Part shown: one piece after another, positions 20,870 through 31,026 of the stretch
How positions within the stretch are numbered: the first letter of the stretch is position 1
Layout: the number at the start of each line of letters is the position of its first letter
IMG/VR virus record: IMGVR_UViG_3300035698_014711
Span: 1 to 64,000 of that record
Length of the DNA: 64,000 bases
Strand: one strand, 5' to 3'
Origin: a virus
Position numbers and translations under genes: made by a program
Notes under the pieces: generated by a model
Told to the model about the DNA's origin: nothing
Database searches by the model: none
What the model saw: the letters and a program-made list of their open reading frames with translations, nothing else

Positions 20870-21784
20870 TTAGTCTTCGTCAGCAAGACTCGAGAAGAAT
20901 GATACTGTATCAGCATCCTCTTCATCAATGATAGAATCAATGATTGTTTCATCAGCCTCGCCTTCATCGTAGGAAGACTTTTCTTCCTTACCTAAGGATT
21001 TCACATTTGCCATAGTTGGGGAGCCACCGCCAACCATTTCATCGCCTAGAACAAAGACGAGACGTGCCTTAAGCTCATTATAGGATTTGAATTTGGATTC
21101 GTCAGTAAAGTCCTTCAACGAGTGGAGTTTACCATAGGCTTCTTCTGCCTGGGCTTCATTGACTTCTGATGGTTTGTCAAATTCAGCCTTATCATAGTTT
21201 GGCCATCCAGCAACCTTCTGCTGGCGAAGCTTAAAGTTAGCTCCTGTCCAAAGATCAAAGACATCAACTGCCAAAACTTCTTCAAGTTCATCTGCAGCTG
21301 GGTTCATTGTGTCCATGATCTTTTCAAAGATCTTTGCACCAAAGCGGTAAAGGAAAACCTTGCCGTTATTCTCTGGTTTTGCAGGATCATTAATCACAAG
21401 AATGTTAGTTACATAATTAGTCTTACGCTTGTGATTTCTCGCCAACTCCTTGTCAGCATCATTACCGGCATTCCAAAGACGGGAGTTGAGTTCACCAACT
21501 GGATCTTCTTTGCCGATAGTTGTGAGGGAGTTTTCATAATACGTACGATTAGCTCTTTCGCCGTATCCTTTAAAGTAGTGATTCCAGTATTTTGCCCAAG
21601 GTAAATCTTCGCCTTCTGGAGCAGGCATGAAACGAATAACTGCGGCACCAATACCTTCGCCGTTTACAGTTAGTTTCCAATAGCGGTCATCGCCACCTTT
21701 ACCACCACTTACAGCCGCTTCTGCGGCCTTTTGGAGATGGGAGAGGTTATTAGAACGGTTCTTTTTTAGAGAAGCAAATGACAT
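20870..21784 (-). CDS. single-stranded DNA-binding protein gp32
   Basis: DDRYWK, AVIRFMP, DPV.E.N..LWN, NNGKVFLY.FG.KIF, acidic tail. Confidence 0.95.
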   Translation of the reverse strand: MSFASLKKNRSNNLSHLQKAAEAAVSGGKGGDDRYWKLTVNGEGIGAAVIRFMPAPEGEDLPWAKYWNHYFKGYGERANRTYYENSLTTIGKEDPVGELNSRLWNAGNDADKELARNHKRKTNYVTNILVINDPAKPENNGKVFLYRFGAKIFEKIMDTMNPAADELEEVLAVDVFDLWTGANFKLRQQKVAGWPNYDKAEFDKPSEVNEAQAEEAYGKLHSLKDFTDESKFKSYNELKARLVFVLGDEMVGGGSPTMANVKSLGKEEKSSYDEGEADETIIDSIIDEEDADTVSFFSSLADED

Positions 21785-21868
21785 TTAGTAATCCTTTTAG
21801 TACGATTTTGTTCGATTGATTTTTGATTAGTTGGATCATAATATGTATTTCACTTACTATTTATACAG

Positions 21869-22096
21869 TTAAACAGGTAACTGGTTCTCTTTTGGCAAAT
21901 AGTTCAAATCTTTTGCCTCGCATTCAATCCTTTCTTTTACTTTGTTTGATAGGAATTTTCGTGAGTTCTCCAATTCAATTTCATGATGCTTACATAAATC
22001 AATTACAGCATCCATGAAGGTTGAACGAGTTTTGAGAACCCTTGCTAATACGAGATCAGAAAAGGCTCTCTTTGTCATAAATTTATCTTCAATCAT
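21869..22096 (-). CDS. late transcription coactivator gp33
   Basis: F...V....MDAVI..C....IE......S..VKERIE.EA..LNYL. Confidence 0.85.
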   Translation of the reverse strand: MIEDKFMTKRAFSDLVLARVLKTRSTFMDAVIDLCKHHEIELENSRKFLSNKVKERIECEAKDLNYLPKENQLPV

Positions 22097-23253
22097 TTAA
22101 GCGATACTTTCAAAATTATAGTCTGATCGTTGGTTCTCCCGTTAGGAACCTGAGGCTTTGTAGTCAATCCTGCAATTTCTTTCATGACACGAGGATATGC
22201 ATTCTTCAATATGACTGATAAGAATTCTTCAGGCTTTCGAAGTCTGATGCTCATTGATTCTTCGGCATTCACCCCTTGAATTGTTGTTCCTCGAATCTCA
22301 AATTTATCGTCCGTTGATAGAATAGTAAGCATTCTGTTCTTCGTATTGAAAAGATAAACTCTCTTGTTCTGCAGAATGTGAGAAGGATCAATGGAAGTGA
22401 CCTTAAACTCTACTGAAGACTTGAGATATTTGAGAGTCTTTGTTTGCTGAGTAACAGATTTGACTTTAACCATACGAGGCTTTCGGACAGCCTGTTTTGA
22501 CAACACAAACTTTTCAGCATCAGATACAAGAGCAGCAAAGTATTCAGCCCGACGCTTCCGATGAATAGGTTTAGTCATATCAGTAAACCCACCTTGAATT
22601 TCCTTATCATCAGTACTGACAAGGTAAGCATATTCTGCAGCAATTGGTTTATAATAGTTTAAGACAGCATTAGCCATTTGCTGTGAAGCATCGTGCTTAA
22701 GAAGCTCATCAAATAGAGAGAACTCCATGGCTGATTTATGTTCTGGAAGTGACCCTGGGTTGTGACCATCAATTCGAGTCTCTAACTCAGAGATAAACTT
22801 GTCAGTCTTACGCTTGATGATCTCAGCTGGAGAAGGTCCGGATCGCAGAACTTCTTTCTTGCCTTCCTTAAGAGTCTTCTCGCCGATCTGGTTGAGTTCA
22901 AAGAAGCCCTTCTTCAAGGCTTTATTAAAGTCCCAACTGGATGGGAAGGCTCTACCTTCTTCTTTCCAATGGATTGTAGCAGCAAGACCTGAACGAAAAG
23001 CAATGAAGGGATCAGGAGCTGAACAGATGTTCTTTTTGCTGGTGCCCTTGAAATTGCTTCGAGTATAGCTTTTGATCTTGTCAATGATTTCCTTTGCAGC
23101 CAACTCATTTCTAACATAGAACAAGAAGTTGCCCCAGTTATCAGAAGGTGCTGCATCAAATCCACCCCGGAGTTTCCGAGAGAAGACTTTCTTTGCTTTG
23201 ATTTTTTTCTTTGAAATGCTTCTTACAGACATAGAAATCTCCTTAAAGATCAA
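22093..23253 (-). CDS. conserved T4-like hypothetical protein (gp33 neighbour)
   Basis: C-terminal FNTKNR..IRGTT..LRKPEE..NGR.N..TIILKV. Confidence 0.7.
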   Translation of the reverse strand: MIFKEISMSVRSISKKKIKAKKVFSRKLRGGFDAAPSDNWGNFLFYVRNELAAKEIIDKIKSYTRSNFKGTSKKNICSAPDPFIAFRSGLAATIHWKEEGRAFPSSWDFNKALKKGFFELNQIGEKTLKEGKKEVLRSGPSPAEIIKRKTDKFISELETRIDGHNPGSLPEHKSAMEFSLFDELLKHDASQQMANAVLNYYKPIAAEYAYLVSTDDKEIQGGFTDMTKPIHRKRRAEYFAALVSDAEKFVLSKQAVRKPRMVKVKSVTQQTKTLKYLKSSVEFKVTSIDPSHILQNKRVYLFNTKNRMLTILSTDDKFEIRGTTIQGVNAEESMSIRLRKPEEFLSVILKNAYPRVMKEIAGLTTKPQVPNGRTNDQTIILKVSLK

Positions 23254-23282
23254 TTATAACATAAACTGATACCGAGGTAAAC
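23253..23282 (-). promoter_or_regulatory. T4-type early promoter
   Basis: GTTTAC-N-TATGTTATAAT on minus strand. Confidence 0.75.
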
Positions 23283-23348
23283 AACTATTTATACATCATT
23301 TAATTGGAATAAAATCTACATCTGAGAATATGTCTTTATCGTTGTTCA

Positions 23349-23903
23349 TTATTTGTTTCTCTCCCAACGTAGAAAGGAATAAGCACTGATAAGCTTACCG
23401 ATATTGATATTGTACTTGACTGCTAGCTTTGCAACCCGCGCTGGTGACATACCGGTTTTATCTGCACCAATATTGCATACCATATCAGCCATCTTTACCT
23501 CAACAGTAGTTACATCACCTGTTGCAATAATGGCTTCAATGAACTCGTCATAGCTCATGCCTTCATACTGAGGAGAGTTTTTCGAGACATTTGCTACTGC
23601 TGTTGCTACCTTTTCACCAAAGAGATGAGAAATAAACTTTCGGTCATATGAGGTATCCTCAATGATATCATGACAAAGAGCTGCAATATATGAATCAGCA
23701 TAGCTTTCCAAAGTATTGTGATCAGCTCGATTGATATGTGAAGCAACCGCTAAGGGATGAGTCCAGTAAGGTTGGTTGCCATACATCTGAGACCCGTGAG
23801 CATTCATCATCCATTTGACAGCTTCTTTCATCCGACGATTCTGATGGTAGGTCTGCAGTGCTTTAAACTGAATATCTTTCATCATTTTGCTACCTATTAT
23901 CAA
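23349..23903 (-). CDS. HD-domain hydrolase, RelA/SpoT-hydrolase (Mesh1)-like
   Basis: H..Q...PY.TH, AALCHDIIEDT, VKMAD..CN. Confidence 0.8.
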   Translation of the reverse strand: MIIGSKMMKDIQFKALQTYHQNRRMKEAVKWMMNAHGSQMYGNQPYWTHPLAVASHINRADHNTLESYADSYIAALCHDIIEDTSYDRKFISHLFGEKVATAVANVSKNSPQYEGMSYDEFIEAIIATGDVTTVEVKMADMVCNIGADKTGMSPARVAKLAVKYNINIGKLISAYSFLRWERNK

Positions 23904-24624
23904 TTAAAATTACTCGATCAGATTTGGCAGCATAGTGCCGAATACAATCATACATATTGTCAATGTGTTCTTCGCCGCAGGTTCCGAGAGGATCAGTGAT
24001 TACAGGCTGATCTCCGCGCCACATGATGTTACTTTCATGGATATCAAACATCATAGGAAGGTTGAATTTTTGGAATGTCTCAGAAAGAAAATCGAATACT
24101 AACTGAGCATAGACTTTATCTTGAACTTCTTCGTAAGCATCAAAAGCCCTGCACTCAGAAAACACTTGAACTCGATGAAAAGTCTGACCGTAGAATTCAG
24201 TAAGGTCTTCCACTTTCTGACTATCAGTATTCATATTGATAAGACCGCCATGGTCGCTCTCAGTCTGCCTGTGAATATTATTTTTCAATGGTGACAATTC
24301 TTCAATCACGGTCCAAGCTTCCTTGGTCTCAAGATTGATATACATAGCATCAAAATTTGGCATCCAGGCCTGGATATCTTTCTCATCAGCAGAGATAACT
24401 GCAAGAGCATAGAGAATCCACATATCATTGATATGTTCTTTCCGGTTTGTGCAGAACTTCTTGATGACTTTTTTCTCAACATTCGACTTATAAACGTGAG
24501 AATGGACCCCACCGCCAATTATTTTGATATAGTCTTCTGAGGCTTTTTGGTCGGGATTCTCAATAAGACAGACTGGGTTGGTTGAAAGCTTTGAGAGTAG
24601 ATCTTGCATGGTCACATTCTCCAT
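23890..24624 (-). CDS. protein kinase-like (T7 gp0.7 type)
   Basis: IGGGVHSHVY, VIKK, DIHESNIM, VITDP. Confidence 0.7.
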   Translation of the reverse strand: MENVTMQDLLSKLSTNPVCLIENPDQKASEDYIKIIGGGVHSHVYKSNVEKKVIKKFCTNRKEHINDMWILYALAVISADEKDIQAWMPNFDAMYINLETKEAWTVIEELSPLKNNIHRQTESDHGGLINMNTDSQKVEDLTEFYGQTFHRVQVFSECRAFDAYEEVQDKVYAQLVFDFLSETFQKFNLPMMFDIHESNIMWRGDQPVITDPLGTCGEEHIDNMYDCIRHYAAKSDRVILIDNR

Positions 24625-24637
24625 AATGTATATGAAG

Positions 24638-24667
24638 ACTATAACACATGCAAGGTCTTATGTAAAT
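24638..24667 (-). promoter_or_regulatory. early promoter
   Basis: TTTACA...TGTGTTATAGT. Confidence 0.7.
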
Positions 24668-25305
24668 GGCTTTATTTCACCAAATTCAAATGTTTTCTCA
24701 TCAAATTCGATGGTGCTAAGCTCGTTGAGACAGATGAAACGAGTCCCGTTGATGACCTTATCAACATCATGATGCCAGTGCCCAAAGACCCAAGTACCGG
24801 GTCTATGAAGTTCAAACATTGATTGAAATGCCTTTCTTGTCCGAGAGTCAAAATCTCTTCTATAGAAAGGAAAGAGAGCAACTGCCACTTCTTCAGGACA
24901 TTCATGAGTAACCATCACTCGTGGCTTTGCTTCCTCATAGATATCATTTAGATTGAAGAGTTCATCATAGGAAAGCTCTTCATCTTCCCACCAGTTCCAG
25001 CCTTGCAACCGAGCATAAGCATCAATAGAAAGTGCTCCGCCAATATACATCACATTATTTTCAATTGTGCCGTCAGAAATCCAAGACTTCATTGCTTTGC
25101 AAGCTTCGGGATTATCATGATTTCCGCGAATGAATCTACCTCCTGAGGCTATGCATGCTTCATCAAGACCTTCAGTAACGTTCTTATGCCAGTCACCAAA
25201 CCCTACACCAAAATCTCCTATTTGTACAGTCTTATTAGAATTCAATGACCTGATGAGATCAATGTAGTTCCTATGCTTTCCGTGGACATCACCAATAAAG
25301 TGCAT
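24658..25305 (-). CDS. calcineurin-like metallophosphoesterase
   Basis: GDVHG, GDFG, GNHD, THE.P, GHWH. Confidence 0.9.
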   Translation of the reverse strand: MHFIGDVHGKHRNYIDLIRSLNSNKTVQIGDFGVGFGDWHKNVTEGLDEACIASGGRFIRGNHDNPEACKAMKSWISDGTIENNVMYIGGALSIDAYARLQGWNWWEDEELSYDELFNLNDIYEEAKPRVMVTHECPEEVAVALFPFYRRDFDSRTRKAFQSMFELHRPGTWVFGHWHHDVDKVINGTRFICLNELSTIEFDEKTFEFGEIKPFT

Positions 25306-25322
25306 TATTTAAACTCCAGTTT

Positions 25323-25724
25323 CTAAGGGAAGAGAATGAAATTAGTTCTCAACATCTTTTTAATATTAGGTCTAACCACAGTATCATACTCGATAGTCGG
25401 AATAAAAACATAACCGCAAGTTAACATAGGGGTGACATAAGGTTTACCAAAGATAGGTTTAATTGGATAGGACTTATCAACCACAATGCCTCCATAATCA
25501 GCACCATAAGCACCAACTGTTACAGAATAAACTTCTTCAATGGCTTTTTCTGTACCGAGCAAAGTAATAGTTGTGCCGAAGCCCGGGCCTTCTGCAAGCC
25601 AAGTATTGTAATCATCAAAATCTACAAGTTTTTCAGCGGCCATGGACTGAGCGTGCGCGCCCTGGGCAATAGCCTTGCCTGCATTTAAATCAGGAATATC
25701 TTCACGCATTAGAATATATAGCAT
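25323..25724 (-). CDS. peptidyl-tRNA hydrolase PTH2-like
   Basis: YILMREDI..NAGKAIAQGAHA. Confidence 0.7.
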   Translation of the reverse strand: MLYILMREDIPDLNAGKAIAQGAHAQSMAAEKLVDFDDYNTWLAEGPGFGTTITLLGTEKAIEEVYSVTVGAYGADYGGIVVDKSYPIKPIFGKPYVTPMLTCGYVFIPTIEYDTVVRPNIKKMLRTNFILFP

Positions 25725-25761
25725 TTAATCATTTTAACTCCATGATATGTTTCGTAATGAT

Positions 25762-25791
25762 ACACTAACACAACTAGAGGTTGCTGTAAAC
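25762..25791 (-). promoter_or_regulatory. early promoter
   Basis: GTTTACA...TGTGTTAGTGT. Confidence 0.6.
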
Positions 25792-26088
25792 CCTAGTCTG
25801 TTATAAACCAAATTTATGTTAGATCATTCATTATCTAGCTCCTCCAGAGCAGCTCTAACTGCTTTGATAACTGGATCAATATAGCTATCAAAAACTGGAA
25901 TCCAATCAGGATGAACAAGACCGTTTGCAATCTTTGGTTGTAGGTTTGTAAGATTCCTATCTGCCAGCATTAATGCTTCATATGTTGTTTTCATTGTCTA
26001 CTCTTTCTAGACTAATTAATATGCTGTTACGGCTTAATGATGACATAACACCTAAAGCTCTATCACGGTCTGCGGCCAGTACTTCATT

Positions 26089-26649
26089 TTACCCTCTTTG
26101 ATGAAAACCTCGGCCGACGCCATCAGCACCAAAGCTAGCAGCAAAAGCATCAGGCTTGAGCTTAATCTTCTCTTTAGATAGACCTGTCATACCTAGAACA
26201 TAACCTGCAGCTTCAACTGCAGCACAAGAAGAACCGTGTTTAGGGTCGGTTGCAATATCAAGGTGAACTTCCACATCAAACTCACGAATCACAAGATTGC
26301 CTTTTTTATCTTCAACAATCTCTGCCAGTTCTTCAATGAATGGAATAAGCTGGTTGTATGCAGCACACACTTTCATGCTTTCATTCATCATTCGAGTCTT
26401 TGGACGATTCTTTTTCACATCGTAATCTGGTTCTACAGATGTATGGCTAAATAGCTTACAGCCATTCTTACCATTTCTGTGGATGATTACAACAGTAGCA
26501 TACCGAGCGAACCAACGATTGTCTTTTCTGAATTTTACAGAATCACAACCGAAATAGATCTTAGTATCAGACCCAAGATCTTGTAGCATACTTACAATTT
26601 CACTAATTTGTTCTTTACTAAACACTTCTTCATTTCCTTCTTGTTTCAT
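26089..26649 (-). CDS. RNase H-like YkuK family protein
   Basis: IYFGCDS, YATVVIIH, EVHLDI, KPDAFAAS..AD. Confidence 0.85.
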   Translation of the reverse strand: MKQEGNEEVFSKEQISEIVSMLQDLGSDTKIYFGCDSVKFRKDNRWFARYATVVIIHRNGKNGCKLFSHTSVEPDYDVKKNRPKTRMMNESMKVCAAYNQLIPFIEELAEIVEDKKGNLVIREFDVEVHLDIATDPKHGSSCAAVEAAGYVLGMTGLSKEKIKLKPDAFAASFGADGVGRGFHQRG

Positions 26650-26701
26650 TGTATTCTAGGTTTGTTTATATGACAAGTCATTTCTCCTTTAAAGATATAC
26701 T

Positions 26702-26776
26702 TGGTAGAAGATAGAGGTTACGCTCCCCTGCCCGAAACGTTATGAGCGTTTTGTGCTACTATTACACCAATCTTCC
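26702..26776 (-). tRNA. tRNA-Met(CAT) with atypical T-loop
   Basis: Cloverleaf, loop CT-CAT-AA, T-loop AGCGTAA, encoded CCA. Confidence 0.75.
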
Positions 26777-26786
26777 GTTATGGTAT

Positions 26787-27053
26787 TTATACAGCTTTCA
26801 ATTTTTTCCAGTCAGCAACAGCAACAGTTTCAGTAATAGACTGTGAGTTAAAATCAAAGTCAAAAGTGTGAACTTCTGAATTGACTCCCTCATAGAATCT
26901 ATCTCTATTGTTTGTGATATGGCAAGTTACAGCACTTCTACTATCCCAAAAATGAGGATGATCTCTCCATTTCAAAGAATGAAGGCCGTTCTGAGCACCA
27001 GAGCTAAATTTACCTGTGTCTTTATCTCGGATTACAAAGAGCTTCATGCCCAA
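26787..27053 (-). CDS. hypothetical protein
   Basis: ORF overlapping upstream gene end. Confidence 0.6.
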   Translation of the reverse strand: MGMKLFVIRDKDTGKFSSGAQNGLHSLKWRDHPHFWDSRSAVTCHITNNRDRFYEGVNSEVHTFDFDFNSQSITETVAVADWKKLKAV

Positions 27054-27550
27054 TTTCCTATAATTGATTTGGCGTGCAGCATATGTTTATACAGCAGGCC
27101 GTCAGTTCCACTTGTTTGAACGAGTCTTTTAACTCCAAGAATCTCATCAAATCCGAAGTCAATATCATCAAAGATAATAAAGTCTCCGTAAGGATGCTCT
27201 GCCAAGTAATCCTTGATCTCATGAGCCCTTCCATTATACAGCCCTTGATACATTGGAGTTGCAATGTCTTCGGCAAATTTTCCTGTGAATCCTGCGTTTC
27301 GGAATGCTGCCTCAATCCACATCTTTTCCATTTCTCCAATGATCATATAATCCTTCCAAGTAGAAGAGATCACAAACTCCACCGGAGAACGGTAAAAGTT
27401 AATAGCAGTTTTAGACATCTCAGGAATAGTATTGAGAAACTTAATAGCTATTGGATCAAAGGTAGTCATAGAATCAAGGTGGCTAGGTTCTCCCATCCAT
27501 ACTCTATTAGAAGTAAAAACTCCATCAATATCTAAAAATACATAATTCAT
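27044..27550 (-). CDS. HAD-family phosphatase (Swiss-Army-Knife RNA-repair type)
   Basis: FLDIDGV, VISSTW, R..EI..YL, IIFDD, DGL. Confidence 0.8.
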   Translation of the reverse strand: MNYVFLDIDGVFTSNRVWMGEPSHLDSMTTFDPIAIKFLNTIPEMSKTAINFYRSPVEFVISSTWKDYMIIGEMEKMWIEAAFRNAGFTGKFAEDIATPMYQGLYNGRAHEIKDYLAEHPYGDFIIFDDIDFGFDEILGVKRLVQTSGTDGLLYKHMLHAKSIIGNWA

Positions 27551-28473
27551 TTGTAATAGCTTCCGTCCTTAAAGAATGATTCATCAAAATCAGAATTAGT
27601 TACTTCCATATGTTCACTTGCCAGATATGCAGTACCAGACATTGGCCCTTTGTGCTCAGGATCATAAGATCTGTCAACAATAACTTTATCATACTGACCC
27701 TTATATTTACCGTGGACAACAGAGCATGCTTTCTTACCTTTCAGCTCTTCACAGCCATTAATTTTACCTTCATAGAGGCTGCCATAGACATGCTTTGCTA
27801 CTCGAGTGCTAATAAGAACTATTGGCTGATCTGGATGTGTAACATATGTATACCGCATCTGTCTTTCTCTATAGACATAAGTTACCATTCGGTCGGAAAA
27901 TGGGTTGACATAAAGTTCTGCAGTATGTTCTGGGTGATATACTCTGACAAACCTCTTGCCGAGATATACATATTTGCCAAGGGTATTCTCAATGATATCT
28001 CCTGGCGAATGACTCAGTCTACTCTTTGCTGGGTCTTTACCTGTTGCAGGAATATCCACCAGTCCAGTTAAACGAGGGCTGGTCTCAGAAACAAGCCAAT
28101 TGTTAGCTCCATCACGAAGCCAGACCAGATGATCCAAAATTGTCCCACAAGAAATAGTAGTTTCTTTGATGAGTTCTACAACATTTGCAATTGATACTTC
28201 AACCTGTAGACCAGTTGGGTCTAAGAGAACCACAAACTTATTGTCTGTTCTGTAACGGTCAGCAAAGGTGTCAAAGATATAATTATTCTTGGAAGTATTG
28301 TCAACAATCTTGCCTGGCTTGTCAAGAGGTTGTACTTGGCCATATGCATAGCCCCGAGCCCAACGTTCAGCAGTCTCAATCCGCTTTTTACCTGCTGACG
28401 TAGTATCATAAGGCACTACAAAAGCTTTGCCTGCTCTATTGGCAATCACAAATAGTTTTTCATACTTAATCAT
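27547..28473 (-). CDS. hypothetical protein
   Basis: 308-aa ORF coupled to neighbours. Confidence 0.7.
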   Translation of the reverse strand: MIKYEKLFVIANRAGKAFVVPYDTTSAGKKRIETAERWARGYAYGQVQPLDKPGKIVDNTSKNNYIFDTFADRYRTDNKFVVLLDPTGLQVEVSIANVVELIKETTISCGTILDHLVWLRDGANNWLVSETSPRLTGLVDIPATGKDPAKSRLSHSPGDIIENTLGKYVYLGKRFVRVYHPEHTAELYVNPFSDRMVTYVYRERQMRYTYVTHPDQPIVLISTRVAKHVYGSLYEGKINGCEELKGKKACSVVHGKYKGQYDKVIVDRSYDPEHKGPMSGTAYLASEHMEVTNSDFDESFFKDGSYYK

Positions 28474-28841
28474 TATAAATCCTTTTCAATCATCATAGGT
28501 TCAAAGCCTGCGGCGCGGGCTTGCTTTACCATATTAGCAGTACCAGAACCGCCTGGAAAGGCAATCACAATATCAATGGGATAGTCGTCGAGCATTTTCT
28601 TATTACGCACAGGCCCAGCACTTTTCTTGTATTTATCCCAGTCAGCAGGCTCAGGTTTTACCTCGAACCCATATTGTTTAGCTACAAATCCAGCCACAGT
28701 ATCGAGACCTGCCGCGTCACCATGGACTAAGACAATCTTTAGATTTGGGTCCTTGGGAATAAACTGTCCTAGAACCTTCTCTACTTTATCAAAGTCAAAA
28801 TAGTCTCTACCGCCTGTGACCAGAATTGTATATTCTTTCAT
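28473..28841 (-). CDS. SLOG-family (DUF2493/YspA-like) protein
   Basis: VTGGRDY, HGDAAG.D, AGPVRN..M, AFPGGSGTANM. Confidence 0.85.
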   Translation of the reverse strand: MKEYTILVTGGRDYFDFDKVEKVLGQFIPKDPNLKIVLVHGDAAGLDTVAGFVAKQYGFEVKPEPADWDKYKKSAGPVRNKKMLDDYPIDIVIAFPGGSGTANMVKQARAAGFEPMMIEKDL

Positions 28842-29434
28842 TAGATCAGGCCAAGCTGAACATTCAGAATTGCAATCTGTACTACCGGAAGCTTTACTTC
28901 TGCCTTTTGAATTGGGTAAAATTTCATCACCTCTGGCCAGCCTTCTTCAAGCTGCTTGCTTGTATTGAATTTTTCCAAAGCATTCATAACCAAAGCAAAA
29001 TCAGTATCGCAATCATCTCGGAATGTAATCAATTCTTCATTTAACTCAGTCACAGCAAGTCCGATCTTGCTTAGTGATGCAAACTTATCATTCAAAATGG
29101 TAAACGGCATCGGCAGGAAAATACCCCGGTCAGATGACCACGGTCGGTCACCCCAAACATTTGCCGAACGGAGCCTGTAAGAGTCTCCGGAGAAAGATAG
29201 ACTGTGGTGTTCCCCTCCAACATAAACACTGATAGAAGGAGACTTTCTAAACCAATGCTTTGGTGCCGATAGAAAACTCAGACGTTCGGAAGCCGAAAAC
29301 ACAGTTTCATATGCTTGATTTGCAATTAGCTTGGATTTAGCATAGAGAGCTACACGTTTCCAGCTGTACTTGTTCTTAACCAACGTTTGAGCAATTTGCT
29401 TTTTAGTATGATTAGTCAGACGTTCAGATTTCAT
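28841..29434 (-). CDS. Nmad5-like protein
   Basis: RLT...K..I N-terminus and T.KQL.EGWPE C-terminus. Confidence 0.6.
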   Translation of the reverse strand: MKSERLTNHTKKQIAQTLVKNKYSWKRVALYAKSKLIANQAYETVFSASERLSFLSAPKHWFRKSPSISVYVGGEHHSLSFSGDSYRLRSANVWGDRPWSSDRGIFLPMPFTILNDKFASLSKIGLAVTELNEELITFRDDCDTDFALVMNALEKFNTSKQLEEGWPEVMKFYPIQKAEVKLPVVQIAILNVQLGLI

Positions 29435-29466
29435 TTCAAAGCTCCGCTTCTATTTTGTCACATAGG

Positions 29467-29925
29467 TTAGTCACTAACCGATATATACTCCCATTCAAGA
29501 ATAGGAGTAGGTATTGATACATCCGCAAGCTTTGAAAAGACCGTAAACTTTTTCTGACAATCAGCACTGATCTCTTTTGTGATAAAGATCTCTGCTTTAC
29601 ACAGATCAAGAAGGGGAGTGCATAGGCCGTTCCTACTGTTCATAACAATTACATTATATTCATTGCCGGGTTCTACTTTAGGTTCATTCGAGGCAACAAC
29701 AAGCAGGAAGTTAGATGCTTTCATAGCACCTCCGCCGCCTGAGACTGTGATCAAGACATTCCTGCTGGATGTGATCACATCCGTTACCTTATAAGTTTTG
29801 CCGGCATTAACATTCTGGTACCGGCCTGATTGGCGGCGATACGATGACGAGACTTTCGGCCGGTCAATGAGTTTTACTGTGTCGCCAATCTTTGGTAATT
29901 GACCTGACGAGTATTTAAGTGACAT
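29467..29925 (-). CDS. hypothetical protein
   Basis: ORF in operon. Confidence 0.6.
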   Translation of the reverse strand: MSLKYSSGQLPKIGDTVKLIDRPKVSSSYRRQSGRYQNVNAGKTYKVTDVITSSRNVLITVSGGGGAMKASNFLLVVASNEPKVEPGNEYNVIVMNSRNGLCTPLLDLCKAEIFITKEISADCQKKFTVFSKLADVSIPTPILEWEYISVSD

Positions 29926-30634
29926 TTGGTTCTCCTGTTATAGTTACAAAGTTTAGTGTTTCTGCCAGTGCGTAGAGCTTCTCAATATTGAAGCCCTTGA
30001 TAATATGGAATGGATCAATCAATACAATTTCACCATTCTTCCGATACATCCAGTTCTCATCATGCGCGTCGAGAAAGAAGCCGTTGTTAGCTGGGTACTT
30101 AGTGCTTGTGTTAGTATGATCAGTCGGCTTTGGCCCAAAAATATCAGGATCATGCTTATCTATTATGATATCATGCAAAAAGTTCCTGAAGTTTTTATGA
30201 GTAACTGTTTCTATTGGGTCTCTGCAATTATCTTTCTTCAGAAATTCTGGACGAAGATACTGTTTATATGAGAAGTTCTCAACATCTTCTTCATTTTCAA
30301 ACCGCTTGTGGAATCTGATTTTTGTTGACATTTCAGTATCAATAGTATCAAGAGCTTTACATTGAGTCAATAGATCTTCCATGAGAACATAAAGCTCTTC
30401 TTTATCAACATCAATATGGACAGCAAAGATCTTGGGAAATAGACGGTTGGGCTGCGATGTAAGCACCTTGTAAAGAAAATAGGTATAACCATCGCACTTA
30501 AAATCATTTGTTACTTTTAGAACAGTGCCCTTAACCTGACCCTCATAGACCGTGGAATGCATACCTTTACCAGATTGACTATCTGATCCGTGCGAGCCAA
30601 TCGGGTCTTTACTAAAGTTTCCAATATCTAACAT
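29915..30634 (-). CDS. second protein kinase-like gene (T7 gp0.7 type)
   Basis: GKGMHSTVY, VLKV, LMEDL, DAHDENWM, LIDP; start moved to ATG 30634 below promoter. Confidence 0.7.
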   Translation of the reverse strand: MLDIGNFSKDPIGSHGSDSQSGKGMHSTVYEGQVKGTVLKVTNDFKCDGYTYFLYKVLTSQPNRLFPKIFAVHIDVDKEELYVLMEDLLTQCKALDTIDTEMSTKIRFHKRFENEEDVENFSYKQYLRPEFLKKDNCRDPIETVTHKNFRNFLHDIIIDKHDPDIFGPKPTDHTNTSTKYPANNGFFLDAHDENWMYRKNGEIVLIDPFHIIKGFNIEKLYALAETLNFVTITGEPNVT

Positions 30635-30665
30635 TTTCACTGTCCCATAATAAAGTATAGAAATA

Positions 30666-30695
30666 CTTATACCATACAACTGTGATCATGTAAAC
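30666..30695 (-). promoter_or_regulatory. early promoter
   Basis: GTTTACA...TATGGTATAAG. Confidence 0.7.
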
Positions 30696-30728
30696 AAAAA
30701 AGTCCTGGTTTCCCAAGACTTTTTCTTA
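30696..30728 (-). terminator. intrinsic terminator
   Basis: aaaaaagtcctgg-tttc-ccaagacttttt hairpin. Confidence 0.6.
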
Positions 30729-30732
30729 GTTG

Positions 30733-31026
30733 TTATTTATCAAACCTGACTGAGGCTTTGTTGCTTGGTCCTGTTGGAACCTCAGGTGACGCAACAAGCT
30801 TAAAGTAAGGTTTCATGTTTTCTATATTCATATTGTCTTGGAACCAGTCTAAAATTTCAACCGGATCATCTTTAGCTTCAGCAATTTCTTCAGCAAAGAC
30901 TTTATTGTAATCTCCACCGTGTTTTTTAGCTAAGCTTGCATAGTAGTCAGCTCGGTTCAGGACAATAGGCATAGTTGGGATAGACCAAATATAACCCAAT
31001 TCTTCAATATATAGAATTTTAGCCAA
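30733..31026 (-). CDS. hypothetical protein
   Basis: ORF; ILDWFQDNMN. Confidence 0.65.
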   Translation of the reverse strand: MAKILYIEELGYIWSIPTMPIVLNRADYYASLAKKHGGDYNKVFAEEIAEAKDDPVEILDWFQDNMNIENMKPYFKLVASPEVPTGPSNKASVRFDK

